DNA of 38,150 nucleotides from assembly GCA_008632985.1 (NCBI GenBank), contig QPGO01000001.1:426600-464749 (forward strand), read 5' to 3'. The translations under genes were made by a program, and so were the position numbers. Below the pieces are notes generated by a model. It ran no database searches, had not been told where the DNA came from, and saw nothing but the letters and a program-made list of their open reading frames with translations. Origin of the DNA: Psammoneis japonica (lineage: Eukaryota). Shown one piece after another: positions 22,815 to 33,422 of this stretch. The first letter of the stretch is position 1; each line of letters begins with the position of its first letter.

Positions 22815-23480
22815 ATGAACCATCGTTGCAGAAGTGTTGGGGAGTTTTGTCTTCAAACGGCTCCGGACTCCGCGTTCCAGAGCAGGCGTGTCTCCGGAGA
22901 CGGAAGCGGATCTTCGCACGGCGGCAAAGTTGGCTTCGCTTTGAGCAGCGAAGTGTTTTTGAACGAACGCCTTCTTGGTGTGAATCACACCTGCGACACA
23001 TCTGTCGACATGGGCGGGGGAGTTGCCGGACCCAGCATCGGGCTCAAGTTACTTCGTCGCCGTTGCACCGTGGTGAGCATCGAGGCCGACCACGATCGTC
23101 ACCAAGAGGCTGTACGTTGGGCTCATCGTGCTGGCCTTCGCTCGAATGGCGGGTTAGAGTTGATCAACAAGTCATTCTTGGACGAGAGGCTGGCTCCTTT
23201 GTGGAAAAAGAAAGGACTCAAGGTGTTCTTCAACAACTGCAACTCCCGCATGGTCGACGACAAGAACACACAGCAGAAGGCAGAGGCAAATGCTTTCGAA
23301 GTTGTGTCGTGCTGGGACCGTGGTGGTGGCGCTAGATCCGCTGTTCGCGTCGTGCGCGGGAGAGTGGATGTGCGAGTCCTTCACGGGGGGATTGCCATGA
23401 TGGCGACTTTTTGTGGCACAGCGGAGACGTGAAACATCTCGTCTTCCACAAGCACACCAAGAAAGAGGAGACTTCTCAGT
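22815..23480 (+). pseudogene. Class I SAM-dependent methyltransferase, DOT1 (H3K79)-like, two frameshifts
   Basis: In order: SSHGG (cf. YGE), DTSVDMGGGV (cf. FVDLGSGVG), VSIE, KSFL, VFFNN (cf. VIFVNN); then in shifted frames LCRAGTVVVALDPL and LWHSG..FHKHTK (cf. VSWT..YY). The start codon is uncertain. Confidence 0.6.
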
Positions 23481-23775
23481 CAACCAGCCAGCACATGCGA
23501 CGTCCCACTCCGACACACTTGGAACGGAAGCATTTGCCCGTCGCGAAACAGCCAATTTTACTTAAGAACTCAACTGAACTGTTTCTTTGCTGTCACTGCA
23601 CTGGACGTCACACGCTAGTTACTCCGCTCAATTCGCCATTGCTTCGCGGTAACGTGAGGTCATCGTCGGAGATGGTGCATGCTTGAAGAGACAGAGGAAA
23701 GCTGAGTTGCAATCGACACTCAGTTTGCCAAACATTTGCAAATTTACACTGCACCGGCAAAAAAAAAAAAACAAC

Positions 23776-24648
23776 TCAGTCTTCGTCGCTGTCCTGAAGC
23801 ACCAAGTTGTCATCGACGTTCAGGTCAACTTCGCAGTTGAGCTCGACATCATCATCGGCCTCTTCTCCAGCTTCTTCTGCCGGAGCTCCAATGAGACGAC
23901 AGAGTTCCACAGGCAACGACCCCTCGTAGAAGTAACTGTGAAGCAAGTTCTTGTTTTGGGCATGCCAACCGATGTGAAACTGACCACCTTCCTTCTGAAG
24001 CTTGGCAAGCGCCACCTCGTTGCCAATCACTTCGGACCAAACAGCATCCTTCATCCAGAAGAAGTCGTCTTCAACGAAGACCTCGGCGTTGTTCTCAGGG
24101 TCATCGTTCAGCTGCTTCGCAATGTGCTTCCCGAGGCCGCGCACTTTAGCATCGGTTGGGACTTCTTCGAGGAAGATGAAGAAGAGACGCACGGCGCAGT
24201 TCTTGGCGTTCGTCTGCAGCTCGCCCTCGTGAACCCACCTGCCAGCGCAAGGGTGGAATCCGACTTGAACCGCCCACGGAGTCCTGCTGCGAAGGTTGTC
24301 AAACAGAACCTTCTCCGACCAAACATTGGTCAAAAGGGGATTCTTGGCTTGGAGACGAAAAACGACGCCTTTCTTGCGGCCGACAGTGATGGTGGCGCAG
24401 CGCAGGAGGGCATCCTTGTCGGAATGGCTGCCATTGTCAGAACCGGCGGATTTGGAAAGCTTGAACCCGTGCTTGGCAAGGTGGTCTTCTGGTTTAAGGT
24501 CATTGTCGGTCAAGCCGTTGGTCTTGCGGGGCGGACTTAGTTTCTTCAACAGAGCATCAGAAAACTTCGTCTTTGCCTTCTTCTGTTTGGTTTCGGCGAC
24601 TTTGGCTTTCGCAGCCGGGGAGGTCGTTGTGTTTCTTTTGCGTGCCAT
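23776..24648 (-). CDS. Hypothetical protein (about 290 aa, basic N-terminus, acidic tail), divergent from RepHel
   Basis: Uninterrupted ORF from MARKRN with a globular-looking middle and a D/E-rich C-terminus. No family recognised. Confidence 0.6.
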   Translation of the reverse strand: MARKRNTTTSPAAKAKVAETKQKKAKTKFSDALLKKLSPPRKTNGLTDNDLKPEDHLAKHGFKLSKSAGSDNGSHSDKDALLRCATITVGRKKGVVFRLQAKNPLLTNVWSEKVLFDNLRSRTPWAVQVGFHPCAGRWVHEGELQTNAKNCAVRLFFIFLEEVPTDAKVRGLGKHIAKQLNDDPENNAEVFVEDDFFWMKDAVWSEVIGNEVALAKLQKEGGQFHIGWHAQNKNLLHSYFYEGSLPVELCRLIGAPAEEAGEEADDDVELNCEVDLNVDDNLVLQDSDED

Positions 24649-25195
24649 CGAATCAGTCCGAGAGAAATTGTGGGAACAAAAAGTGCGATCGTTCAGAAGT
24701 GCCAAGAAAGACCCAGTGGAGCTGCGTGCATCATGCCAAGGAGAACTGGCAACGTCAGCAACCAGATTCAAACATGTCGAACTGCAACAAGGTAACCTTC
24801 CAGGTGTCAGCACTCACAAGTGGTGCATGGATTCAATTTGAACAAAACAGACACAAGGATCGGAGCACGCAAAGTCGCACTAAGTTTGCTGAAAATGTGT
24901 AAAATCACGTGCAATTCCGTCCGTGCTTCATGTGCATTTCAGCCGTTGCTGCCGCGCGGCCATCGCGCACGAAATCTAGTCGCCAAACGGTCGACGCCAT
25001 CGCTGTCACTGCATGCTGTGCCGGCAGTTAGCCAAGGTGGGCCCATCACCCATTTGGAGGATTCGCGCACACTTTGGAAACACGAATGACATCAATTGCA
25101 CTGTCATTGCCACACGACTAACTCAACTGCCCCGCCACTTGTCAAAGCGTGATTCTACGGAATTTACGTAAAGCCACGCCCACCACCAAGATTGC

Positions 25196-25298
25196 CGAAA
25201 CAACTTGAACAAGATCCGAATCTTACCCCATGGAATGTTCAGAGCAGATGGTCGAAACAACTGGAACAAGATCCAAATCTCATCCCATGGGATGTTCA
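25196..25298. repeat. Two tandem copies with 57-bp period
   Basis: cgaaacaact.gaacaagatcc.aatct.a.cccatgg.atgttca twice. Confidence 0.85.
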
Positions 25299-25453
25299 AC
25301 GTCGACAAAACCAAGTGGGGTGTCGTGCGTCTGGCACGAAGAAGGACGTGGGAGGAACGCACACGTCACTCTTCCGTCGAGGTGAAAGAGGCACACTTTC
25401 GTCTCACTTTTTTGTGACAGAACCTTTGTGCAAAGGGAAACGAAAAGCATCCA

Positions 25454-26133
25454 ACTACGGTGATTGGGCCGCACTGATCGTAGTCCTCAGTTCTCACAGT
25501 GACCTGGCAACGCAGGTTGTGAGATGACGCACAAGCTCAGCTGCGGTGACTGGACGACACCAGTCGCAGCTCTCACAGAGACCTGATCGCACAGGTTGTG
25601 AGAACACGACACAATGCTGCGGTGATCGGACAGCACTGATGCAGTTCGTCAAGCAACCAACTCACTTGGCTGCGGTGACTGGATGACGCCAGTCGCAGCT
25701 CTCACAGCGACCTGATTGCACAGGTTGTGAGCAAACAACACAGCGCTGCATCTCGTAATGTAGGTTGTGAGATGACGCACAAGCTCAGCTGCGGTGACTG
25801 GACGACACCAGTCGCAGCTCTCACAGAGACCTGATCGCACAGGTTGTGAGAACACGACACAACACTGCGGTGATCGGGTGGCACCGACGCAGTTCGTCAA
25901 GCAACCAATTGGCTTGGCTGCAGTGACTGGACAGCACCAGTCGCAGCACTCACAGCGACCTGATTGCACAGGCTGTGAGAAGACGACACAGCGCTGCGGT
26001 GAACGGGCAGCACCGATGCGGTTTGTTGATCAACTGGACAGAACCACTGCGGTGACTGGACAACACCAGTCGCAGTGCTGCAGGTGGCGAGAAAACACAC
26101 ATCGCTGTGGTGATTGGACAGCACCGATCACAG
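25454..26133. repeat. Array of palindromic (hairpin) modules upstream of RepHel, with a 248-bp higher-order duplication
   Basis: Ten copies of a CTRCGGTGAYYGG-N6-CCRRTCGYAG-like hairpin (25455, 25541, 25617, 25670, 25789, 25865, 25918, 25994, 26047, 26105) interleaved with about five CTCACAG..ACCT..AGGTTGTGAG hairpins. Confidence 0.9.
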
Positions 26134-26220
26134 CTTCACGGTGATCGCACTGAAAAAACAACTGTTTTTGCTGAGCAACTTCTTGAAATTTGTTGAGTTG
26201 AAGTGTCAGCTTAAATTAAA

Positions 26221-29200
26221 ATGGATGAGGCCAACTCCCGTGTTTGCAATGCAATCAACAGAAAGTTTGAGATGCTTCATCTGCACAGAGACGGAGAATT
26301 TAGACCACACGCATGTTCAGTCTGTGACGTTCTGCTGAAACCTAGAGAAGTTTGCTGCTTGCCGCTCGAAACATTGGAATCAGCAAGAAACTCACTCACC
26401 CCTTCAGACTGGAACAGCACATCTGATCGTCTCAAGTCCTGCCACACTGCAGAGCATGAAGATGCTGATTGGATCAAAGACCTGCTGCTTTCTCCCCGCG
26501 CCCAACACGCAGTGCAGGAAGACAGACGACGCGTCGACGGATTCACTTGCTGCAGCGAATGCCGAAGAAGCCTGGGAAGAGCCGTTGTGCCAATGTACGC
26601 GACAGCGAACAACTGCTGTTTCGGTGCCCCGCCGCATGAACTGTTGTCTCTAACCGAAGTAGAATTGGCAATGCTCACACCAGTGAAAACATGCGGGTGC
26701 TGCTTCAGTTGCCTTGGCGGCAAACAGAAGAAGCTTCAGGGAAGTCTGACACGCTACAAAGTCAAGATGCAAAGCATCATAAGAACTGTTGTGCACTTCG
26801 ACGCACTGAATTTACACAAAGAATGTGATTGCACTGATGACTGGAAAGATGACTCTGGAGCAAAGACAACTTGCACGTTCAAAGAACAGAATTAGGATGC
26901 ACTGCATGCCAAGGGCGATGGAATGGCTGTTGCACCACAACCAAGAGTGGGTGCACCAACAGACAAATCTAGACGAAGCCAGGCGCAATCTGCGGAATCC
27001 CGCACTTGTCGATGGCACCGGCGAAGAAGAAGGAGAAAATGCGAGTGTTGAGACCTCAGAGTCATTTCACATTTACTTTCCTGATGGAACCATGTCTCCT
27101 GCGACCGGTGGTCAGTGCAACCTGGACTGCTTCAAAGATCTTGTGCACGAAGCTGCTGCCAACGGATTTGATTTAGAGGCACAAGCACAGTTGTCTAAAG
27201 AATCTGCGAGTGATTTCAAAGGCAACAACTTCATCAACGCGTGTCTGCTGCAGTTTCCTTTTGGCAGAGGAGGAATCAATGAGACGAGAATGAAGAAAGA
27301 CGGAAGTCTTGCAGATGGCACCAACCTTGCACACTGTGCCGACCACTTGGCACGGATTTCCCAGCCTCACTTCCACGAGCAGCTCTTTTGTGTCAACATG
27401 CTGCAACTTGACAATGAAGCAAAGGATGCTGCAGAGCGCAGGGTGGAAAGTCAGGGACAAGAATCAGGCTGCACAGTTTGCAAACGAACTGACAGTGGAC
27501 GATGTGGATGGAGCTGTTTGTGATCACAACTTGGGCGAGAGAAGAGATTGTGGACTCGGGCACCACTTTTTGCGCGCACTCAACGTTGCATCTGCGTCTC
27601 TGCCACACAGCAACGAAGCAGCAAAGAAAATGAGGAGAAACGCCGAAACTCATCAGCATCATTTTGGTCAGGGTGGCATTTTCTTAACCGTCAGTCCGGA
27701 CGACGCAAATTCGTTTCTTGTGCAACTGCACTTGGGTGTCATCCTGGACCCAAACAAAGACGTGACACAACTGACGGACGAAATTCTTGCCAGCAGGGCC
27801 AAGCAACGCAATGAACTGTGTCTGAAGTTTCCCAGTCTAACAGCCTTTGTGTTCGAGTGCTTGTTTGACATTGCAGTGGAAGAGGTGGTGGGTTGGGATC
27901 TGAGTGCCGGCCAACGAAGAGAAAACTTTAACTTCTACATTGGCAGGCCAGCCGCATTTTTAGCCGCAGTTGAGGAGCAGGGACGTCCAACAGCACACGG
28001 ACACATGCAGATCTGGTTCGCATCGATCAACAATGCAAGAGAGAAGCTGCATTCGCCAATGAGACAGATCCGACGCGAAGGTGCTGAGCACCTTGCCAAC
28101 ACAGTTCAGAAGATCTGCAGCACGGAACTAATCTGCAGCGAGGACTTCAGCACTGACGCATTGCGTGAAGCATTCGATCATGACTGCACAGTGCCAAAAA
28201 TGTGTCGCACCTCTCCAAAAGTGGCAGACGACCAACAGCTAAGAAACCTGAGGCACAAAGACGGCCAGCAGTCGAAGAACGGAATGTTTGCTTGTTGTCA
28301 TCACTGCACCAAGTGCTGGACAAACGTCGAGTTTGTAGAAAGCTTTTTGCAGTCATGGCACCGTGCACCTGGCCTGACTCGCTGTCCAGACAACCATGCA
28401 AAGTGACTGAAAGCAATGTGTGTGCAATGCCAGCGAAGTGGTCCGCAAGGGACAATGGAGGCACATGTGCCGGACGCAGCTTACAACCATCACATGCACG
28501 TTACGAAGTCGTGTTTTCCCAAATGCGCAGAGTTGCGTAAAATGCGTAAAAAAAACCCACACGAGGAACTGGACGCGCTGTCAAGGAAAAGGAAACAAGA
28601 GGAGCTCAAACTGGGTGACTGCCGTCACAGGCAACCAGCTGCTTCGTGTCCAAATAATTTGGCAAGGAACGCAGATGACACTCAGACAAAGTGGTTCAGC
28701 TGGGATGGAACTTTTGCGCATCGGTGCGTGAAGGAAGTTGTTCCGAAGAGGAGAAAGTGCGATGCTTTTCAAAACGTGTCGTGCCCTGCAATGAGCAGAT
28801 CAAAACTGACATGCAACACAAACATTGCTTTGTTGATGCCTGGACCGTCTGCTCAATGCACGATTGAGCACATCCTAAAAGACACCCAGAAAGATGACAC
28901 TGCGACGAAGTGCTTCGAACTACAAACAGGACAGCAACGGAATTACAGAAACACGCATCCGATGCATCGGAAGCAATCAGACGTCTCACATGGGGTGCTT
29001 GCTCGCGTGACAAGATGAACGTCATTGGACCACCACTTGCGTCTTACACAACAAGGAACGGAAGCCGTTTCATCGAATCTCATTTGACCGCATGGTGCCC
29101 CTTGAAAGACATCATCAGCACACTAGAAAGAGACGAAGTGTCTGCGACTGTAGCCTATTTTGGCGATGCACCGTTCTTCCAATGCCAGGCCTTGCACCAC

Positions 29201-31950
29201 CTGTGTCGTCCAACAGCACTGGAGAATCTCAGTCCATTTGCGTTTTTTGGTGAACACGAAGTTCTTCGCAACACAAGGAAAAACGAACACGGCATGATGA
29301 TGTTCGACAACAGAGCGCACAGGCACCTGTCTTGCAATTCAATGAAGAACAAGTTTCTTCAAGGTGTCAGACAGCGACAGCAACCGCGATTGTTGAAAGT
29401 GCTTCAGTGTGATTTTCCTGATGCAGCCAAGTTTGGCAGTTGCCTCATGGATCCGCAGCAACCAACAACACCAGACAAAGAATTGCACTGCAAGTTGGCA
29501 TTGGCCTTGTTTGCGCCTTACAGAACAATGACAGAACTCAAACCAACAACCCATGCATGCCTGCGTGAATTCCAACTCTCCGCAGCAGCCGGTGTCATCA
29601 CAGAGGAAAACTTGAACTTCTTGCAGAACCTGCAGGATGCCAAGTCCAACTGCCTTTGTCTCAAAAGCACATCTGACGATCTGCAAAGATGGACGGAGCA
29701 ATTTAGACCTGCTGACGTTGCGTTTGACTGTTGCGAAAGTGACGAGGAAGAAGGTCTTTCAGGCGCCGTTCAGGGTCAACTGCTGGATGCACTCTTGGAA
29801 GAAATGGCAGAGCAGCCAGAAGACGATGACATTGGGTTGAGCAACCAAGCAGTCATTCCTGCGCATTTGAGCGGCAAACGTGCAAGACAGAAAGGTTCAC
29901 ACATGGGTGGTTGCAAATGCTTGGCAGACATGCACACTGACCCACCAAACGAGGAAAGCCAGGTCAATGAACGACAACTTTTGAGAATCTAGAGGGCGGC
30001 ATGACACCGACGAGGAAGACCAGAATGAAGGAGTGCAACAACACATCCACAGCAGACCACTGTCAAGAGACGACATTGTTCAAGTGACACTGACTAGAGC
30101 ACAAAGAACAAGAAGGTTGTTTGAGGATGTGACAGGTTTGGAAGAACACGTCGATGTGCGTCAAGCAAACGGATCTGCAGCAAGTGTCGTAGACTGGGCT
30201 GGGAAAGCAAGACTGGATGGGCAACAGCAGCGTGCCTTTGAAATTCTAGCAGGAACCTTTGTGCTCACTTGCTGCCAAGACGCTCTTCAAGACGAGACGT
30301 CACGCAATGGACTTAATGGGAGAAATGGCAGACACGAATTCGCAACAAACCTTTGCCGATTGAAGAAACTCGTGGAAGTGCAAAGACGCAGAACGTTGCA
30401 ACTTGTGTGTTTTTTACATGGTGCAGGTGGAAGAGGCAAATCAACCACAATGGACCTCGTCGTGGAACACGGAAGAGAGTGTTGCTCGCTTGTTGAGCAG
30501 CCGTTCACAACAAGCACAATCAGAATGACTGCACTGACTGGAGTGGCTGCCACTGTTCTCAAAGGGGACACAATCCACCGAGTTGCACACCTCATGAGAA
30601 GAAAGCAAATGACCGAAGAGCAAATTGAAGCATGGTCAGACACAAGACTTTTGGTGGCAGACGAGATTTCTTTTGCAAGCAAGAGAGAGCTAGAAAAACT
30701 CCATGAGAATTTAACAGCATTGAAGAGCGAACCAAGCAAGCCGTGCGGTGGCACAAACATTGTTTTCGCAGGTGACCTCAGGCAACTAGAACCAGTCAGA
30801 AAAGGAGTGAAGCCACTGTGCAAAGATGCATGTCCCGAGTTTCACGAGTGGATCAACTGCTGCATAGAACTTCGTGGTGCACACAGGTTTAAAGACGATC
30901 CATCATGGGGAAAACTGCTTAAAAGAGATTCCGCACTGGCGAGATTGCAGTTGACGACACAGAGCACATCAACGAATGAGCAGTTCAGAATGAAGATGAT
31001 CTGCCCAGTGACCTCCGCCATGCTGCGTGCGCAAATAAGGGGCAGAGATGCAATTGACACTGGCCTGTTCGAAAAAAGAGCAGGAAACACTGCACAGAAG
31101 AGATGGAGACGTCCTTGACTCAATGTTGATTTTCAGTGACGACTTGCAGGTGCAGAATGGCACGAGACTCTGCCAACCATTTCCGGTTTGCAACAGCTTC
31201 TGGAACAACTGTGGTGAAGGAGACGTTGTCATGCAATCAGGAAGAATGGATCCAGTCTTACGAATTTACAGAAGATGCAGAGTCATGACACCTTTCAACG
31301 AAAATGTGGCAAACGGTCAAGCAAACGGAACGCAAGCCACTGTTGACAAGGTCGTTCTCAAACCAGGACAGGAACCAAGACTGGCAACTTTAGACAACAA
31401 CATTGGCATTCCTGCTGCACTTGCTGGTCAGGTAGACCACGTTGCATTGGAACACTGCAACAAAAGCATCGACCCCGCGAAGTTTTTAGTTGAGCCAAAA
31501 ACAAATGCTTTCAGGGCTTGCATTGCCAAGCCCAGCCCAATTTTAGAAGAAGGCGACAAACAAAGGCACACTTTCCAACTGAAGGCAACCCAGCTGCCGT
31601 TTGTCATCAACAATGCCACTGCAGGGCACAAACTGTAAGGGAGTGGAGTCCCGCAGTTGTTTGCACACTCTTGGAGCTACACTCAGAATTGGGTGCATGT
31701 TGTGCTCTCCAGAGTAAAGACCAGAGAAGGGCTGTTCATGCGAAAGCCACCAAGCAAGGACCTGCGAAAACACAAGGTCCCAGAAGGCTACGAAGCCTTG
31801 ACAAGACTCATGAAGGAGAGAAGCGCCACGCATTTTTCTCAGCAACAGCACGCAGAAATGTCAATGCAGCACGCAAACACCAGATTGGGATGCTCAACCA
31901 CTGCACAACTGTTTGGCGACCCCAACCGCAAAAATGCGGAGATTTCGTAA
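26221..31950 (+). pseudogene. Helitron Rep (HUH endonuclease)-Pif1 helicase fusion, with frameshifts and stops
   Basis: N-terminal CxxC and ANN..G.PP.EL..LTEVE; Rep motifs FLTVSPDD, VEEQGRPTAHGHMQIW (HUH) and CNTN..QCTIEHILK (YxxxYxxK); Pif1 motifs GAGGRGKST, TGVAA..GDTIH, DEIS, AGDLRQLEPV, ANGT, ATAGHKL*G, HVVLSRV. Confidence 0.93.
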
Positions 31951-32015
31951 AATGAAACATTTCGATTAGATCGGCACATTGCGCAGAAATCTACACATGC
32001 GTCACACAACGTCGA

Positions 32016-32486
32016 ATGGATTTTAACCAACAAACCAAGAAACGCGAACGCAACCGTCACAGAAAATGCAGCAATGGAGAAAACATGGATTTGCAACAAC
32101 AAACAAAGAAGGCAGACGAGCCAAAGAAAACTGGTGAGGACAAGAAAAAGGTGCAGACACGTGCGGAACTTCTTCAGTCATTGATGAATGAGGAAGACGA
32201 AGAGGAGATCACCTTGGAAGAAGCAAGAGCGGCGTTTGACCTTGCTTCGGGAAATTTTGATGTCACTTCTGCACTTGTGCAAGACAACACGACAGTGGAC
32301 AGTCATCATGTGGAAACAACGGTCGCACCCAAGGATGATTCAACCATGGAGGAGCCAAAGGCAGCATGTGCAGTGGCGATTCCACAGCGGTCGGGGAGAT
32401 TTTTCACCGAGGAGGAGATGGCGGAGCAGGAGAAGGAGCAAGCAAAGTCCCTTCAGAAGAGGCATGGCCAGAAAGAATGGAATTGA
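32016..32486 (+). CDS. Small charged hypothetical protein downstream of the helicase
   Basis: 156-codon ORF, Lys/Glu-rich, co-oriented with RepHel. No motif recognised. Confidence 0.35.
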   Translation: MDFNQQTKKRERNRHRKCSNGENMDLQQQTKKADEPKKTGEDKKKVQTRAELLQSLMNEEDEEEITLEEARAAFDLASGNFDVTSALVQDNTTVDSHHVETTVAPKDDSTMEEPKAACAVAIPQRSGRFFTEEEMAEQEKEQAKSLQKRHGQKEWN

Positions 32487-33422
32487 GCAAATTGCAAATG
32501 ACCATTTGGCAAAGACAACCGCATCAATGCGCAAAATGCACACACATGGACTTTCACTTGAGCCGCCGCGGATTGAGTGTGGCCACAAATGAGGACCAAC
32601 TGTTTGGCAAAGAAACTGCAACAATGCGTAAATTTCGCACATTTCCACATTCACTTAATCCAACGCAGCTTGCCTTGGACAACATCAACATGCACAACTA
32701 GACAACAACAACACACACAGACAGCCTCATGAAACCTCACAGAAGACAGAACGGTCAGAAGCAAAACAACCAGCACCACGCACTGACGCATGTTGGTCAT
32801 GTCGCGTGGGTCGCGCAAAAGTGCGCACCGAAACAACCGTCATGTGTCACAATTAATTCGAACGCCCGGCGCAAAATGCAGCAAAATGATTGGTGCAGGC
32901 AATCGTCATGGCTCTATTTTCTGATGGCAGCGAGGGCGGCAATCCAAAATCTTTCGGTTTCAGACTTCGATCTAGAGAGTTCCACCTAAAAGAGGAGGAA
33001 CCAATGCATCGCAAAACCCTAAAAAAGCAAACAGAACTGAATGTAGCTCGTTACAAGTTGAAAATTTTTGAAAGGATCGATCGCGTTGAAGACCAGCAGA
33101 CGCGTTCCAGGTCTAGAGGTGGGACCTCGTACTGCTGAACTGTGACATCGATGGTTTTTTGAATCGCATCGTATGTCGCGCACGCACATTTCTACGTGAT
33201 TTTTGCGAAATTTTGTGTGATTTTATAGTGCAATTGTCAGGCCATCCATTGAACAACTTTTAATGTTTTTTTCTTCTGCGCCATTCTCGAGTGTCTTAAG
33301 AATGGCGTGGGGGCAGGCGCACCATCCAAAACTTCGAGCACCGACATGGACAGATGTGCTGCAAACTTGGCCGTTTTTTTTATGTCGAAGACAAATACAT
33401 TCATCAACCAGAGTACGAACTG

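Larger units (their letters stand above)
19500..33000. mobile_element. Putative large cargo-carrying Helitron (Helitron2/Helentron-like); termini not resolved
   Basis: Contiguous block with a uniform TpA-poor but CpG-rich state, a RepHel gene, a hairpin array, several accessory ORFs and a recurrent TGCGTAAA motif. That it is a single element is an inference. Confidence 0.55.

Noticed and set aside
23683..24540. 285-aa plus-strand ORF
   Set aside because: Antisense to the more protein-like 23776-24648 ORF. Its openness is explained by stop-codon depletion.
25454..26133. CRISPR-like appearance of palindromic repeats with intervening sequences
   Set aside because: The intervening sequences are themselves repeated (248-bp duplication), the repeats are variable and irregularly spaced, no cas genes are present, and the context is eukaryotic.
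32970..33120. CTAG at about 32972 and 33113 as the canonical Helitron 3' terminus
   Set aside because: No convincing GC-rich hairpin just upstream of either, and CTAG is the commonest surviving TA context here, so it is not diagnostic.
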